Program-made: the position numbers and the translations under genes
Origin: Octopus sinensis
Lineage: Eukaryota
Assembly: GCF_006345805.1 (NCBI RefSeq)
Contig: NW_021836741.1
Span: 1-23,253, forward strand
DNA length: 23,253 nt
Reading direction: 5' to 3'
The notes under the pieces: model-generated
Told to the model about the DNA's origin: nothing
What the model saw: only the letters and a program-made list of their open reading frames with translations
The model's database searches: none
Part shown: in pieces, positions 1 through 9,037 of the stretch
Layout of the letters: each line of letters starts with the position of its first letter
Numbering within the stretch: the stretch's first letter is position 1

Positions 1-347
1 TGTAGGTTTCGATGTGTTTGCCCGACCACTCTCCCCGGTTAATACCGCCATTTCATTCTGTAAAGGCTACGATACATTTTATTGTCACGCATCCTGGAGA
101 AAAGCTTCTGTAGACGCCTCGCATTATTGCTACAGCAACCATGACAGCTTAAGCTCAATGTGAATAGAATTATGAAATATATATACACTTTTTTTGTTTC
201 TTATTCTTCTTTTAATCTAACAGACGTTGCAGTTGATCAATATAAGTATGGTGCAGACGAAGAGACACTTGAAAATAAAATGAAGTTGGAAGTCATAATG
301 CATGTATTATCTCCAGGGAAGACATAGATTATCTTTTTATTCTTTTG

Positions 348-349
<2 letters not shown>

Positions 350-402
<53 letters not shown>

Positions 403-421
403 TAAGAGAGAGAGAGAGAGA
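350..421. repeat. Compound (TA)n(TG)n(AG)n microsatellite
   Basis: Read directly. Confidence 0.95.
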
Positions 422-650
422 GAACAAATAGTGAGGGATTATCAATCCGGGCAAATACTTCATAAGCTCTCTGACGAAAGTAGCATCAATTTTTTTTAAG
501 ATCGGTCAATTTGCCTCAATTGATTAATAGACCAATTGAGCAAACGCATCAGTAATGTACTTATAATGACTACCGGAAACTGCTGTAAGCCAAATTTGCG
601 CAAATAAAAGAATAAAAGAATAATGAGCATTATTTTTTTAACTTGTTTCT

Positions 651-651
651 C

Positions 652-684
<33 letters not shown>

Positions 685-697
685 GTGTGTGGTATAC

Positions 698-729
<32 letters not shown>

Positions 730-818
730 TGTTATATATATATGTAGTATATATTTATTTATATATATATGTGTGTGTGTATGTATATACATATGCATAT
801 ATATATATATATATATAT
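651..818. repeat. (TA)n/(TG)n microsatellite
   Basis: Read directly. Confidence 0.95.
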
Positions 819-964
819 CGTTTTTGTACTTGGTTTGCAAGATTCTTTATGCGAATTCGTGTGTTGAAGCATATTTTATTGTGCCTGGGAAGAGCCATTC
901 TCTTTAGTGCCTTATTGATTTAACACACTCATCGGTCTGATTTCCACTCATTTACTTATTTTCA

Positions 965-1001
965 TTAAAATTTTCGTTCCGTCTTGCGACCTTTTCAATA
1001 G
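965..1001 (-). ncRNA. Degenerate minimal hammerhead-like motif (U3-A8 core variant) in PLE 3' repeat
   Basis: Minus strand reads CTA-TTGAAAA-G-GTCGC-AAGAC-GGAAC-GAAA-ATT-T-TAA. Stem II has two mismatches in this copy. Confidence 0.5.
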
Positions 1002-1084
1002 TCGTTGACGCTGTCCGTTATCGGAAATGCGTTCTTTGCTATGTGCGCATGCGTGTGCGTCAATGTGCGTGCGTATACGCCTAT

Positions 1085-1114
1085 GTATGTATGCATGTGT
1101 ACATGTATGTGTAT

Positions 1115-1193
<79 letters not shown>
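1085..1193. repeat. (TA)n microsatellite
   Basis: Read directly. Confidence 0.95.
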
Positions 1194-1195
<2 letters not shown>

Positions 1196-1358
1196 TGCAG
1201 GAGTGGCTGTGTGGTAAGTAGCTTGCTAACCAACCACATGGTTCCGGGTTCAGTCCCACTGCGTGGCATCTTGGGCAAGTGTCTTCTGCTATAGCCCCGG
1301 CCGACCAATGCCTTGTGAGTGGATTTGGTAGACAGAAACTGAAAGAAGACTGTCGTAT
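1194..1358 (+). mobile_element. tRNA-derived SINE family A (head and core; CORE/OR-type-like)
   Basis: Pol III A-box TGGCTGTGTGG and B-box GGTTCAGTCCC, followed by CTTGGGCAAGTGTCTT. Near-identical to 14245-14410 and 17430-17594. Confidence 0.85.
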
Positions 1359-1498
1359 ATATGTATATATATGTATGTGTGTGTGTTTGTGTGTCTGTGT
1401 GTGTGTGTCTATTTATATGTGTACCACTGTATCCTTGTGTATGTATGTTAGGGTGTGTATGTGTATGTGGGTAAACTGTGGGTATTGGGGTATGACAC

Positions 1499-1811
1499 CT
1501 ATGTATAGTCCCTATTTAGTATTGGGGGTGTTTGTACTCTTCTACTTGTTTGAGCGTTGGGTCCTTCGGGTACTTGAATGAAATGCGGATATCAAGTTGA
1601 CCCAGTGTGTTTCCATGTTGGTCTTTGGCATATTGGTAGAGTATAGAGGATTGTTTTCCTCGTCATATTGTCTCAGATGCGCATTTAATCTTTCCACAAT
1701 GCTTCTAGATGTCTCACCATTGTATGTCATGTTCTTGTCCTTACAAGCAACCTCTATGCACCTTATGTTGTAGACTACATTTCTAGTTCTACAGTTAATG
1801 CCAGGGTTAAT
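1499..1811 (-). pseudogene. GIY-YIG endonuclease C-terminal remnant of a Penelope-like element, two frameshifts
   Basis: Minus-strand translation: NCRTRNVVYNIRC..C....YNGETSRSIVERLNAHLRQ / SILYQYAKDQHG..LDIRISFKYPKDPTLKQVEE / PPILNRDYT*. This matches the PLE pattern VVY-I-C..C..Y-GET-R...R..H...LNRD. Confidence 0.85.
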
Positions 1812-1879
1812 GCACGCACAGACGCACACGCATGTGCACAAAAAAAGGACGCATTTCCGATAAGGGACAGAGACAACGA

Positions 1880-1916
1880 CTATTGAAAAGGTTGCAAGAC
1901 GCAATGAAAATTTTAT
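1880..1916 (+). ncRNA. Minimal type I hammerhead-like motif, U3-A8 core variant
   Basis: CTA-TTGAAAA-G-GTTGC-AAGAC-GCAAT-GAAA-ATT-T-TAT. 5-bp stem II, palindromic AATT stem III, only 2-3 bp of stem I. Confidence 0.6.
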
Positions 1917-1990
1917 TAAAAATAAATAAATGAGTGGAAATCAGACCCATAAGTGTATTAAAAGAGAATGACTCTCTCTAGACACAATTA

Positions 1991-2046
<56 letters not shown>

Positions 2047-2250
2047 ACCGCGTATGTAACGTTGGCGATTTTCTTTCTCCGTCTTCCCTTCCTTGGACCT
2101 TTCCTATTTCTATGTTTCTGACGAAGGGCTTCGCTCGAAACGTTAAATCCTCCTTCTTTCTTTCCTTTACTGAGCGTCCAATAACACTATACTTATTCCA
2201 CGTATTCGCGTTGTTGTGTTTTCTGTTTGTGTTTTCATGTTTGGATTAAC
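2047..2250 (+). mobile_element. Second PLE-type terminal repeat fragment containing a hammerhead motif
   Basis: Non-microsatellite block between (TG)n and (CA)n arrays containing CTGACGAAGGGCTTCGCTCGAAACGTT. PLE origin is inferred from the motif type. Confidence 0.55.
2114..2148 (+). ncRNA. Minimal type I hammerhead ribozyme motif, canonical core
   Basis: GTTT (stem I) - CTGACGA - A - GGGC/TTC/GCTC (stem II) - GAAA - CGT (palindromic ACGT) - T17 - AAAT (stem I'). Confidence 0.75.
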
Positions 2251-2292
2251 TACACACACACACACACACACCTGTATATATATATATATATA

Positions 2293-2602
2293 TGAGCACT
2301 CCGTCGGTTACGACGACGAGGATCCCAGCTGATACGATCAACGGAACAGCTCGCTCGTGAAATTGGCGTGCAAGTGGCTAAGCACTCTACAGACACGCGT
2401 ACCTTTAACGTAGTTCTCTAGCAGATTCAGCGTGACACAGAGTGTGACAAGGCTGGCCCTTTGAAATACAGGTAGGACTCATTTTTGCCAGGTGAGTGGA
2501 CTGGATCAACGTGAAACAAAATGTCTTGCTGAAAGACACAACACGTCGTCGTGAATTGAACTCACGACCTTATGATCATGAGCCGAATGCCCTAACTACT
2601 AT
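2293..2602 (-). mobile_element. tRNA-derived SINE family C
   Basis: Minus strand has a tRNA-like head (TAGTTAGGGC...GAGTTCAATT), then GTTGATCCAGTCCACTCACCTGGCAAAAATGAGT, shared with 7716-7860. Confidence 0.75.
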
Positions 2603-2622
2603 GCCCCCCTCCCCAACACACA

Positions 2623-2662
<40 letters not shown>

Positions 2663-2664
2663 GC

Positions 2665-3035
2665 GCGCGAGCTGGCAGAAACGTCGGCACGCTGGGTGAA
2701 GTGCGTAGCCGTATTTCGTCTGCCGTTACGTTCTGAGTTCAAATTCCGCCGAGTTCGACTTTCATCCTTTCGGGGTGGATAAATTAAGTACCAGTTACGC
2801 ACTGGAGTCGATGTAATCGACTTAATCCGTTTGTCTGCCCTTGTTTGTCTTCTCTGTGTTTAGCCCTTGTGGGTAGTAAAGAAATAGGTATTTCGTCTGC
2901 CGTTACATTCTGAGTTCAAATTCCGCCGAGGTTGACTTTGCTTTTCATTCTTTCGGGGTCGATTAAATAAGTACCATGTACGCACTGGGGTCGATGTAAT
3001 CGACATAATCCTTTTGTCCTTGTTTGTCCCTTAGG
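2665..3035 (+). mobile_element. tRNA-derived SINE family B, head plus duplicated body
   Basis: A-box TGGCAGAAACG, B-box GAGTTCAAATTCC. The body repeats from about 2887 via the junction GAAATAGGTATTTCGTC. Confidence 0.85.
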
Positions 3036-3426
3036 GTAGCAAGAATATTTATCGAAAAAGATTTAAATTAATGATAAAATGTTTTTGGCTAATTTTGGAA
3101 TAAAATCGGCAATTTATTTATTTACTGCCGGTTGAGTTCCGCATTTGCGCGGTGGATTCGAAAAATTAGAGCCTATAGACACGTGGCTGATTATTTATAG
3201 CTCTGTATTTATATGTTCGGTCCTGTCAACCTACTGAAGAAGCAGCGCCAGATATAGATTGAAATTATTTTATTTCAATCTGTATTTAAGTCTTCAGAAA
3301 TCTTGCAGGGTCTAGGATAATAAGGTAAAAGCTTTTATTTTCCAATCACTTTCGGAATTATAACAATTAGTGGCTTGGAGTTTAACTGCTCTATCTATTT
3401 TTGGGGTATGTCTTATGTGTTCAAAA

Positions 3427-3512
<86 letters not shown>

Positions 3513-3515
3513 TAT
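3427..3515. repeat. (TA)n microsatellite
   Basis: Read directly. Confidence 0.95.
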
Positions 3516-3920
3516 AGCTTGATATAATTTTCAAGAATCTGTTGTTTGAGCTTCTCTAGCCTATCATAATATGTGTCTGCCCACTTTTGAAAAGGAAAGT
3601 GAGGGTGGTGAGAAACTGCATTGCAGAAAATTCGTTGAAAGGCAGATGAATGTCGCAAGAATCGTCCAAGTGAGCTGGACTGCTCTGAATGTGCAACAGT
3701 AGACTGAGAGAGAAGAATGAGAAAAGGACACCGTGGCCGAGGTTTGGTGGGGTTTCCACGAACAGCCCTTAAAAGTCTCTCCCTTTTAGAAGAAATTGTT
3801 AGTTTGAATTTGTTGTACTGTTGTTTTGTTTCACTGTTTACACACCGTTATGTATTATATCGACCCGTACTGTCCTCGGTCTTTGTGTAAACCCTTAGTG
3901 GTTAATAAAGCAACCATATA

Positions 3921-4080
<160 letters not shown>

Positions 4081-4345
4081 AGGCACATGGCCTAGTGGTT
4101 AGAGTAGCGGACTCGCGCTCGAGGGATCGCGGTTTCGAATGTGCGTGTTTATAAGCGAAACACCTAAGCTCCACGAGGCTCCTGTAGAAGGTAATGGCGA
4201 ACTTCTGATGACTCTTTCGCCATAAATTCCTTCCCTCCTGCATCTTGCAGCTCACCTGCGACAGACCGGCGTCCCGTCCAGGTGGGGAACCTATACGCCA
4301 CAGAAACCGGGAAACTGAATCTATGTGCCAGGCGTGGCTCGAGAA
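4081..4345 (+). mobile_element. tRNA-derived SINE family D
   Basis: A-box TGGCCTAGTGG and B-box GGTTTCGAAT. The 3' block CCTGCGACAGACCGGCGTCCCGTCCAG...AAACCGGGAAAC is shared with 7865-7925. Confidence 0.7.
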
Positions 4346-4957
4346 GGAACAAACAACAAATAAACAATATATATGTGTGTGTGTGTATGTGTGTGTATGC
4401 GTGTGTGTGTGTGTGTGTGTCTGTGTGTGTGTGTGTGGTGTGTGTGTGTGTGTGTGTGTCAAAGAAAACACGATGCTCTTCGAACGAAAGTATTTTGCGA
4501 GAACGCCGTCCTTTGCAATAAGTTATAGACGTTTCCTTGTCAATTTCGCCGTCCGAAAAATGTGGCCAACCAGTGAATAGCTCGTTGGAAACCTGTTATC
4601 AGCTGCTGGGTTGCATGCAAATTACTACACAGCATAAATAAATAATAACCAATATTTAGTGTTCATCTTCTGATATTCTTGGCGTATACTATACTGTTAG
4701 TGTTGGTAATGCGCTATCCGCGACTATCTTGTGTCAATTAATCTTGACAGAAACGTGATTTCAACAGCAGTGAATGGAATGTGTGATACAAATTAATCTC
4801 GATTAGACGACACAAGTTATCAAGACGTATCCAGACGAGAGTAAATACCCGCCTTCATTCCAACCCTGTCTGTCACCTCAACCTCACTACCTTTCTCTCT
4901 ATCTATCGTTATCTCTTCATATATCAGCCGCTCTCCCTCTCTATCTCTCTCACTTTC

Positions 4958-5012
<55 letters not shown>

Positions 5013-5277
5013 AGCTAGAGAGAGAGAGTGAGAGATACATACATACATACACGTAAAAAATACACACATATACACATACACCCTCATATAATACTATAAG
5101 GAGGAGAACCGATGCTCATCACCTTTTTAGCTCTTCCCTATCAGGGTGATCGATGCTATTAGCACCTAGCTTATACTTAATACGCCGCCCAGTTTAACAT
5201 TTCCACCTATCCTTCGATGTCTTTAGCGAGGTACACACTGTTGCAAGTATCTAAGCAAAGTCTTCGGTTTAAAATCA

Positions 5278-5400
5278 ACTTTCTCCCATCACTTTTCGGT
5301 CGATAAATTAAATATCAGTTATGTTCCAGGGTCAAGGGTGTCAACTAACCCATCCCCTCAAAATTTCTGATCTTATGTCTAAATTAGGAACAGTTATTAT
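5278..5400 (+). mobile_element. Diverged SINE family B body fragment
   Basis: Similarity to the family B body (TTTCGGTCGATAAATTAAATATCAG...). Confidence 0.5.
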
Positions 5401-5405
5401 AACAT

Positions 5406-6137
5406 GATCTTTTCCTTTTGAACGGCAGATCGAGAAATTAATTTTTGGTAACTAAACACTTTCAAACTTCGGACACTGGTAGAATGTGTCATATAAAACA
5501 TCTTTTACTTTTAGTGTTGTTAAGAAATGTTTGTATTTTCAAAGTTATTTCGTGTTAAAGTTGTCGTATTTCGGTAATTTCAACCAATCAATGACGTGTA
5601 TTCAGCTGAATAAAATTACTGCTGTTGTTTGTCAACAACAACTTCCGGCGGTGTATATTTCGTTTGTCACTGTTATTTATGACATATTTCATCTCAATTA
5701 CGTTTGTATGAATAAACGAGAGTATCTGAAGCATGTTTACTTCATGGCACCACCCTAATCGTTCGGGCATTTCTACTGCTTTTAGGTTTTTTCCTGTTTT
5801 TCAGCTACTATTTTCGGAAAGACTTTTTTGCTAACCCCTCCATCCCCTCCTCCCTCTCCAATTTCTTCATTTTTCACTTTTTCCGTAACTTTAACCCTAA
5901 ATTCCTAACCCTAACCTTAACTCTAAAACCCTAATCCTAACTCCCTAACCCTAAAACCCCAATCCTAACCCTAAAACCCTAACCCTAAAGCCTTAACCCT
6001 AACCCTAACTCTAAAACCCTAACCTAAAACCCTCACCCTAAAACCCTCACCCTAAAACCCTCACCCTAAAACCCTCACCCTAAAACCCTAAGGCTAAAAC
6101 CAGTACAAACGCATGAACGCTGTCATAAATAACAGTG
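5406..6137. mobile_element. Non-autonomous DNA-transposon-like repeat with internal telomere-like array, right end truncated
   Basis: Perfect 17-bp inverted repeat CACTGTTATTTATGACA at 5668-5684 and 6121-6137 brackets the CCCTAA array. The left boundary comes from a recognised repeat start (GATCTTTTCC..GAACGGCAG) and is tentative. Confidence 0.45.
5891..6090 (+). repeat. Interstitial degenerate telomere-like (CCCTAA/CCCTAAAA)n array
   Basis: Read directly. Includes four perfect copies of the 14-mer CCCTCACCCTAAAA at 6030-6085. Confidence 0.9.
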
Positions 6138-6300
6138 GAAGGTGGGTTAGACAATTACATCGATCCCAGTACCTGATTGGTACCTTGTTGTATCGACCCC
6201 TGATAAATGAAAGGCAAAGCCGACCTCGACGGGATTGAGCTTAGAACCTAATAAGCCGGAATGAATAACGCAAGACATTTTTTTTCAATGATTTCGCCAA
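6138..6300 (-). mobile_element. Diverged SINE family B fragment
   Basis: ATTACATCGATCCCAGT...ATGAAAGGCAAAGCCGACCTCGACGG matches the family B antisense. Confidence 0.65.
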
Positions 6301-7096
6301 ACCACTGCTCTAATTCTTCTTAAATGATAAGGATATCTAAGCTAGACACAATGCTAAACATTTTCGGAAAAAAGTATAATCAGTGTTATTGATCCCTGTT
6401 GTTGGCTGTTATTTTACCGACTCCATCAACACAATGCTCTGTGTGTAGATTAAAGGAAATAAAAACGATTGACGATTTCTATTAATACGCAGTAAAATGC
6501 ATATTATTTTTATTAGAAAAATTTTATTAGACGATTGTCTAAATTATAGCTGTTGTGTAACTGAAGTTTTCTGAGAAGCCAAGAATTACCTAAAAATATG
6601 TAGGCGAATGATTAAATAAATTCTTTCTGAGATCTAATTAAGAAGGTCGTTTAGTTCATAGTAAAATATTTCAAAGTATTCCTAAGTGAAATCTTTGATT
6701 TATTTTCCATCCTCTTTTAATACGTCATGAAGAAGGGCGATTACATGGCGACATTAATGTTTTATTTTTTTATTTTTTCAACTTCATAGCCTGATTATGC
6801 CAACCTATGCTCAAAGACATTCCATTCATGACCATCCGGTATGTTTCCAGGTATTATGTTCCCCAGATTAAAGTATTCAATGTGTCCCTCCTTATGAAGA
6901 CGGTAAGGTGAGAATTGAAGATTTGACTGCTATTTTCAATCAGGGCAAATCTGGAATTTCCTTTGGAGGGTTATGATATTCATGAATTCTTACATAGTGT
7001 AAGTTAGCTGAAAAAAGTTCAACGAAGTGAAACAAACCTTCTGCCTAAGTTCGAAACCGCGTTGCAGATTCGGCATCTGAAGAGTTTTTTTCTTTT

Positions 7097-7455
7097 TGCC
7101 GGCATGGTTGCGCGGTTAAGAAACTTTCTTTAAAACAATGTGTCACTGCGCGCTACCTTGGGTAAGTACTTTCTGCTATAATCCCGGACCAACCTATTTC
7201 TTGTGAGTAAATGTGATAGATAGAAACTGTGCTGAATCCTGTCGTGTGTATGTACGTATGTGTCCTTTTGTGTACGTCTTTGTGTCTGTATTTTTTCACC
7301 CACATCCACCCGCTTGACAACCGTCTCTGGTCTATTTACGCCCCTGTAACTTAACGGTTCGACAAAAGAGACTGGTAGTACCAGACTTAAAAAAACACAA
7401 GCATTTACATCGATTTGTTCGATAAAAACATTTGAAGGCGGTGATCCAGAATTGG
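7097..7455 (+). mobile_element. Old diverged SINE family A copy
   Basis: CCTTGGGTAAGTACTTTCTGCTATA...CTTGTGAGT...GCTTGACAACCG...GTTCGACAAAAGAGAC...GAAGGCGGTG is colinear with 14245-14660. Confidence 0.65.
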
Positions 7456-7715
7456 TACTCACCAGATCATTTTAACGATTTCTCTTGATCGGAACCTATT
7501 GTACTAGAAATACTTGGAAGGAATGTAGATAGACGCGAGAAGTTACCCCATCAATTAACCGACTACCGAGTCATTGCCAACACAGCACCAATGAAACGAA
7601 AACTTGGAAGTTAGTACTAACAATACTGTTATAGCAGGACATAATCTCTCAGCTGGTCGCTTGACCAATAAGAATCGTGCGTGCAAGGATATGTGTATGC
7701 GTAAATATATAAAGT

Positions 7716-7960
7716 GGAGGCGCGTGGCTTAGTGGTTAGGGTGTCATCATCATGATCGTAAGATTGTAGTCTCGATTCCTGGACCAGGCGACGCATTGTG
7801 TTCTTGAGCAAAACACTTCATTTCATGTTGCTCCAGTCCACTCAGCTGGCAAAAATGAGTAACGCTGCGATGGACTGGCGTCCCGTCCAGTTGGGAACGC
7901 ATACGCCATTAAAACCGGGAAACCGGGCCCATGAGCCTGGCTAGGCTTTAAAAGGGCGCA
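7716..7960 (+). mobile_element. tRNA-derived SINE: family C head with family D-type 3' block
   Basis: A-box TGGCTTAGTGG. Middle is shared with 2293-2602; 3' block CTGCGATGGACTGGCGTCCCGTCCAG is shared with 4255-4315. Confidence 0.75.
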
Positions 7961-8293
7961 TTTATTATTATTTTTAAATATGTAAAAGTGCGTGTGTGTA
8001 TGTCTGTGTGCATGAGTATATACACTCACCGTGTATGTATATTCTTCACTCTTTTCTGTTTTACTTGTTTCCCTCACTGGAGAGCGCCTATGCTGGAGCA
8101 CAACTTTATGTGGTTGCAGTCGATCAATCCACCATCTTTTGAATTTTTGTTTGCCAGTTGTAATACTCTCTTATTGTTCAAATGTCCGTCTCTTAGTCCT
8201 CTCGTTCCATTTCTGCTATTTTCATATATAAGAATGTGTGTGTGAATGTGTGTGTGTATGTGTAACATTTTCAAATTTTGGCACTGGACATGC

Positions 8294-8450
8294 AATTTTT
8301 GAGGGGAGGGGCAAGTCGATTACATCGACCCCAGTATTCGACTGGTGGCTATGTTCAACCTGAAAGGATGAAAGGCAAAGTCGACCTCGGCGGAATTTTG
8401 AATTCAGAACGTAAAGACGGACGAAATGCCGCTGAGCATTTTAAACCGCC
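8294..8450 (-). mobile_element. SINE family B fragment
   Basis: AAGTCGATTACATCGACCCCAGT...GAAAGGATGAAAGGCAAAGTCGACCTCGGCGGAATTT. Confidence 0.75.
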
Positions 8451-8771
8451 TTATATATGATATGATTTGATATGACATGATACGACACGATGGGTAACAA
8501 CTTGCATCTACCCATTTCTCTAACAAGAAAATAGTCTGGTGGTATGTGGCTATAGTAAGGAGTAGTTACCCAAAGTGCGCAGGAGCCTGTTCAGAACCTT
8601 GTGATCCTTGACAAGACAGCCGAGCCTGCGCCTATTTATGAGCGTTTTTGTGTCCGTGCGTTTGACATATGTATATATTTATTATACATACGCAGTCACA
8701 CACACACACGCACACACTTATACATATATACGCACATATATAATATATGTTATATATATATGTATATATAT

Positions 8772-8802
<31 letters not shown>

Positions 8803-8830
8803 GGTGTATATATATATATAATATATATAT

Positions 8831-8983
8831 CGTTTTGGGATTTGGTTTGCAAGATTCTATTGAAAAGGTTGCAAGATGCAACGAAAATTTTATAAAAATA
8901 GAAAAGAATAAGTGAAAATTTTTACCGGTGAGTGTGTTAAATTATAAGAAACCAAGGGAGAATGACTCTCCCCAGACACAACA
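8831..8983 (+). mobile_element. Solo fold-back fragment of the PLE terminal repeat embedded in (TA)n
   Basis: 8831-8857 matches 819-848 in the same orientation. 8857-8983 matches 1880-1988, i.e. the opposite orientation of the same repeat. Confidence 0.75.
8857..8893 (+). ncRNA. Minimal hammerhead-like motif, U3-A8 variant, perfect stem II
   Basis: CTA-TTGAAAA-G-GTTGC-AAGAT-GCAAC-GAAA-ATT-T-TAT. Confidence 0.6.
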
Positions 8984-8996
8984 GTATATATACATA

Positions 8997-9037
<41 letters not shown>

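Larger units (their letters stand above)
819..1988 (-). mobile_element. 5'-truncated Penelope-like retroelement (PLE): inverted pLTR copy + GIY-YIG remnant + 3' pLTR
   Basis: GIY-YIG remnant at 1499-1811 (minus). The downstream repeat 878-1072 (minus) recurs inverted at 1812-1988 (plus). Both repeats carry a hammerhead-like motif. A SINE is nested at 1194-1358. Confidence 0.8.

Noticed and set aside
1194-1270. tRNA genes at SINE heads (also 2530-2602, 2665-2750, 4081-4140, 7716-7790, 14245-14320)
   Set aside because: A/B boxes are present, but they run into multi-copy SINE bodies and I could not fold a complete cloverleaf.
302-1308. YIYI/CVCV/HTHT-rich ORFs here and throughout the window
   Set aside because: Translations of dinucleotide microsatellites, which lack stops in some frames; no domain content.
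1542-1904. 120-aa ORF as an intact endonuclease gene
   Set aside because: It is a chimera. Its first ~30 codons are the antisense of the inverted pLTR, and the GIY-YIG part frameshifts near 1655.
3520-3915. Unique-looking block with short ORFs and AATAAA; possible solo LTR or exon
   Set aside because: No recognisable motif, TG..CA termini or TSD could be established.
5891-6090. True telomere or telomere-fusion site
   Set aside because: Short, degenerate, single orientation and embedded in a repeat element.
7463-7503. Possible 41-nt minus-strand micro-exon (YNRFRSREIVKMIW) with AG and GTGAGT boundaries
   Set aside because: Splice-like signals of this strength occur by chance; no partner exon or homology.
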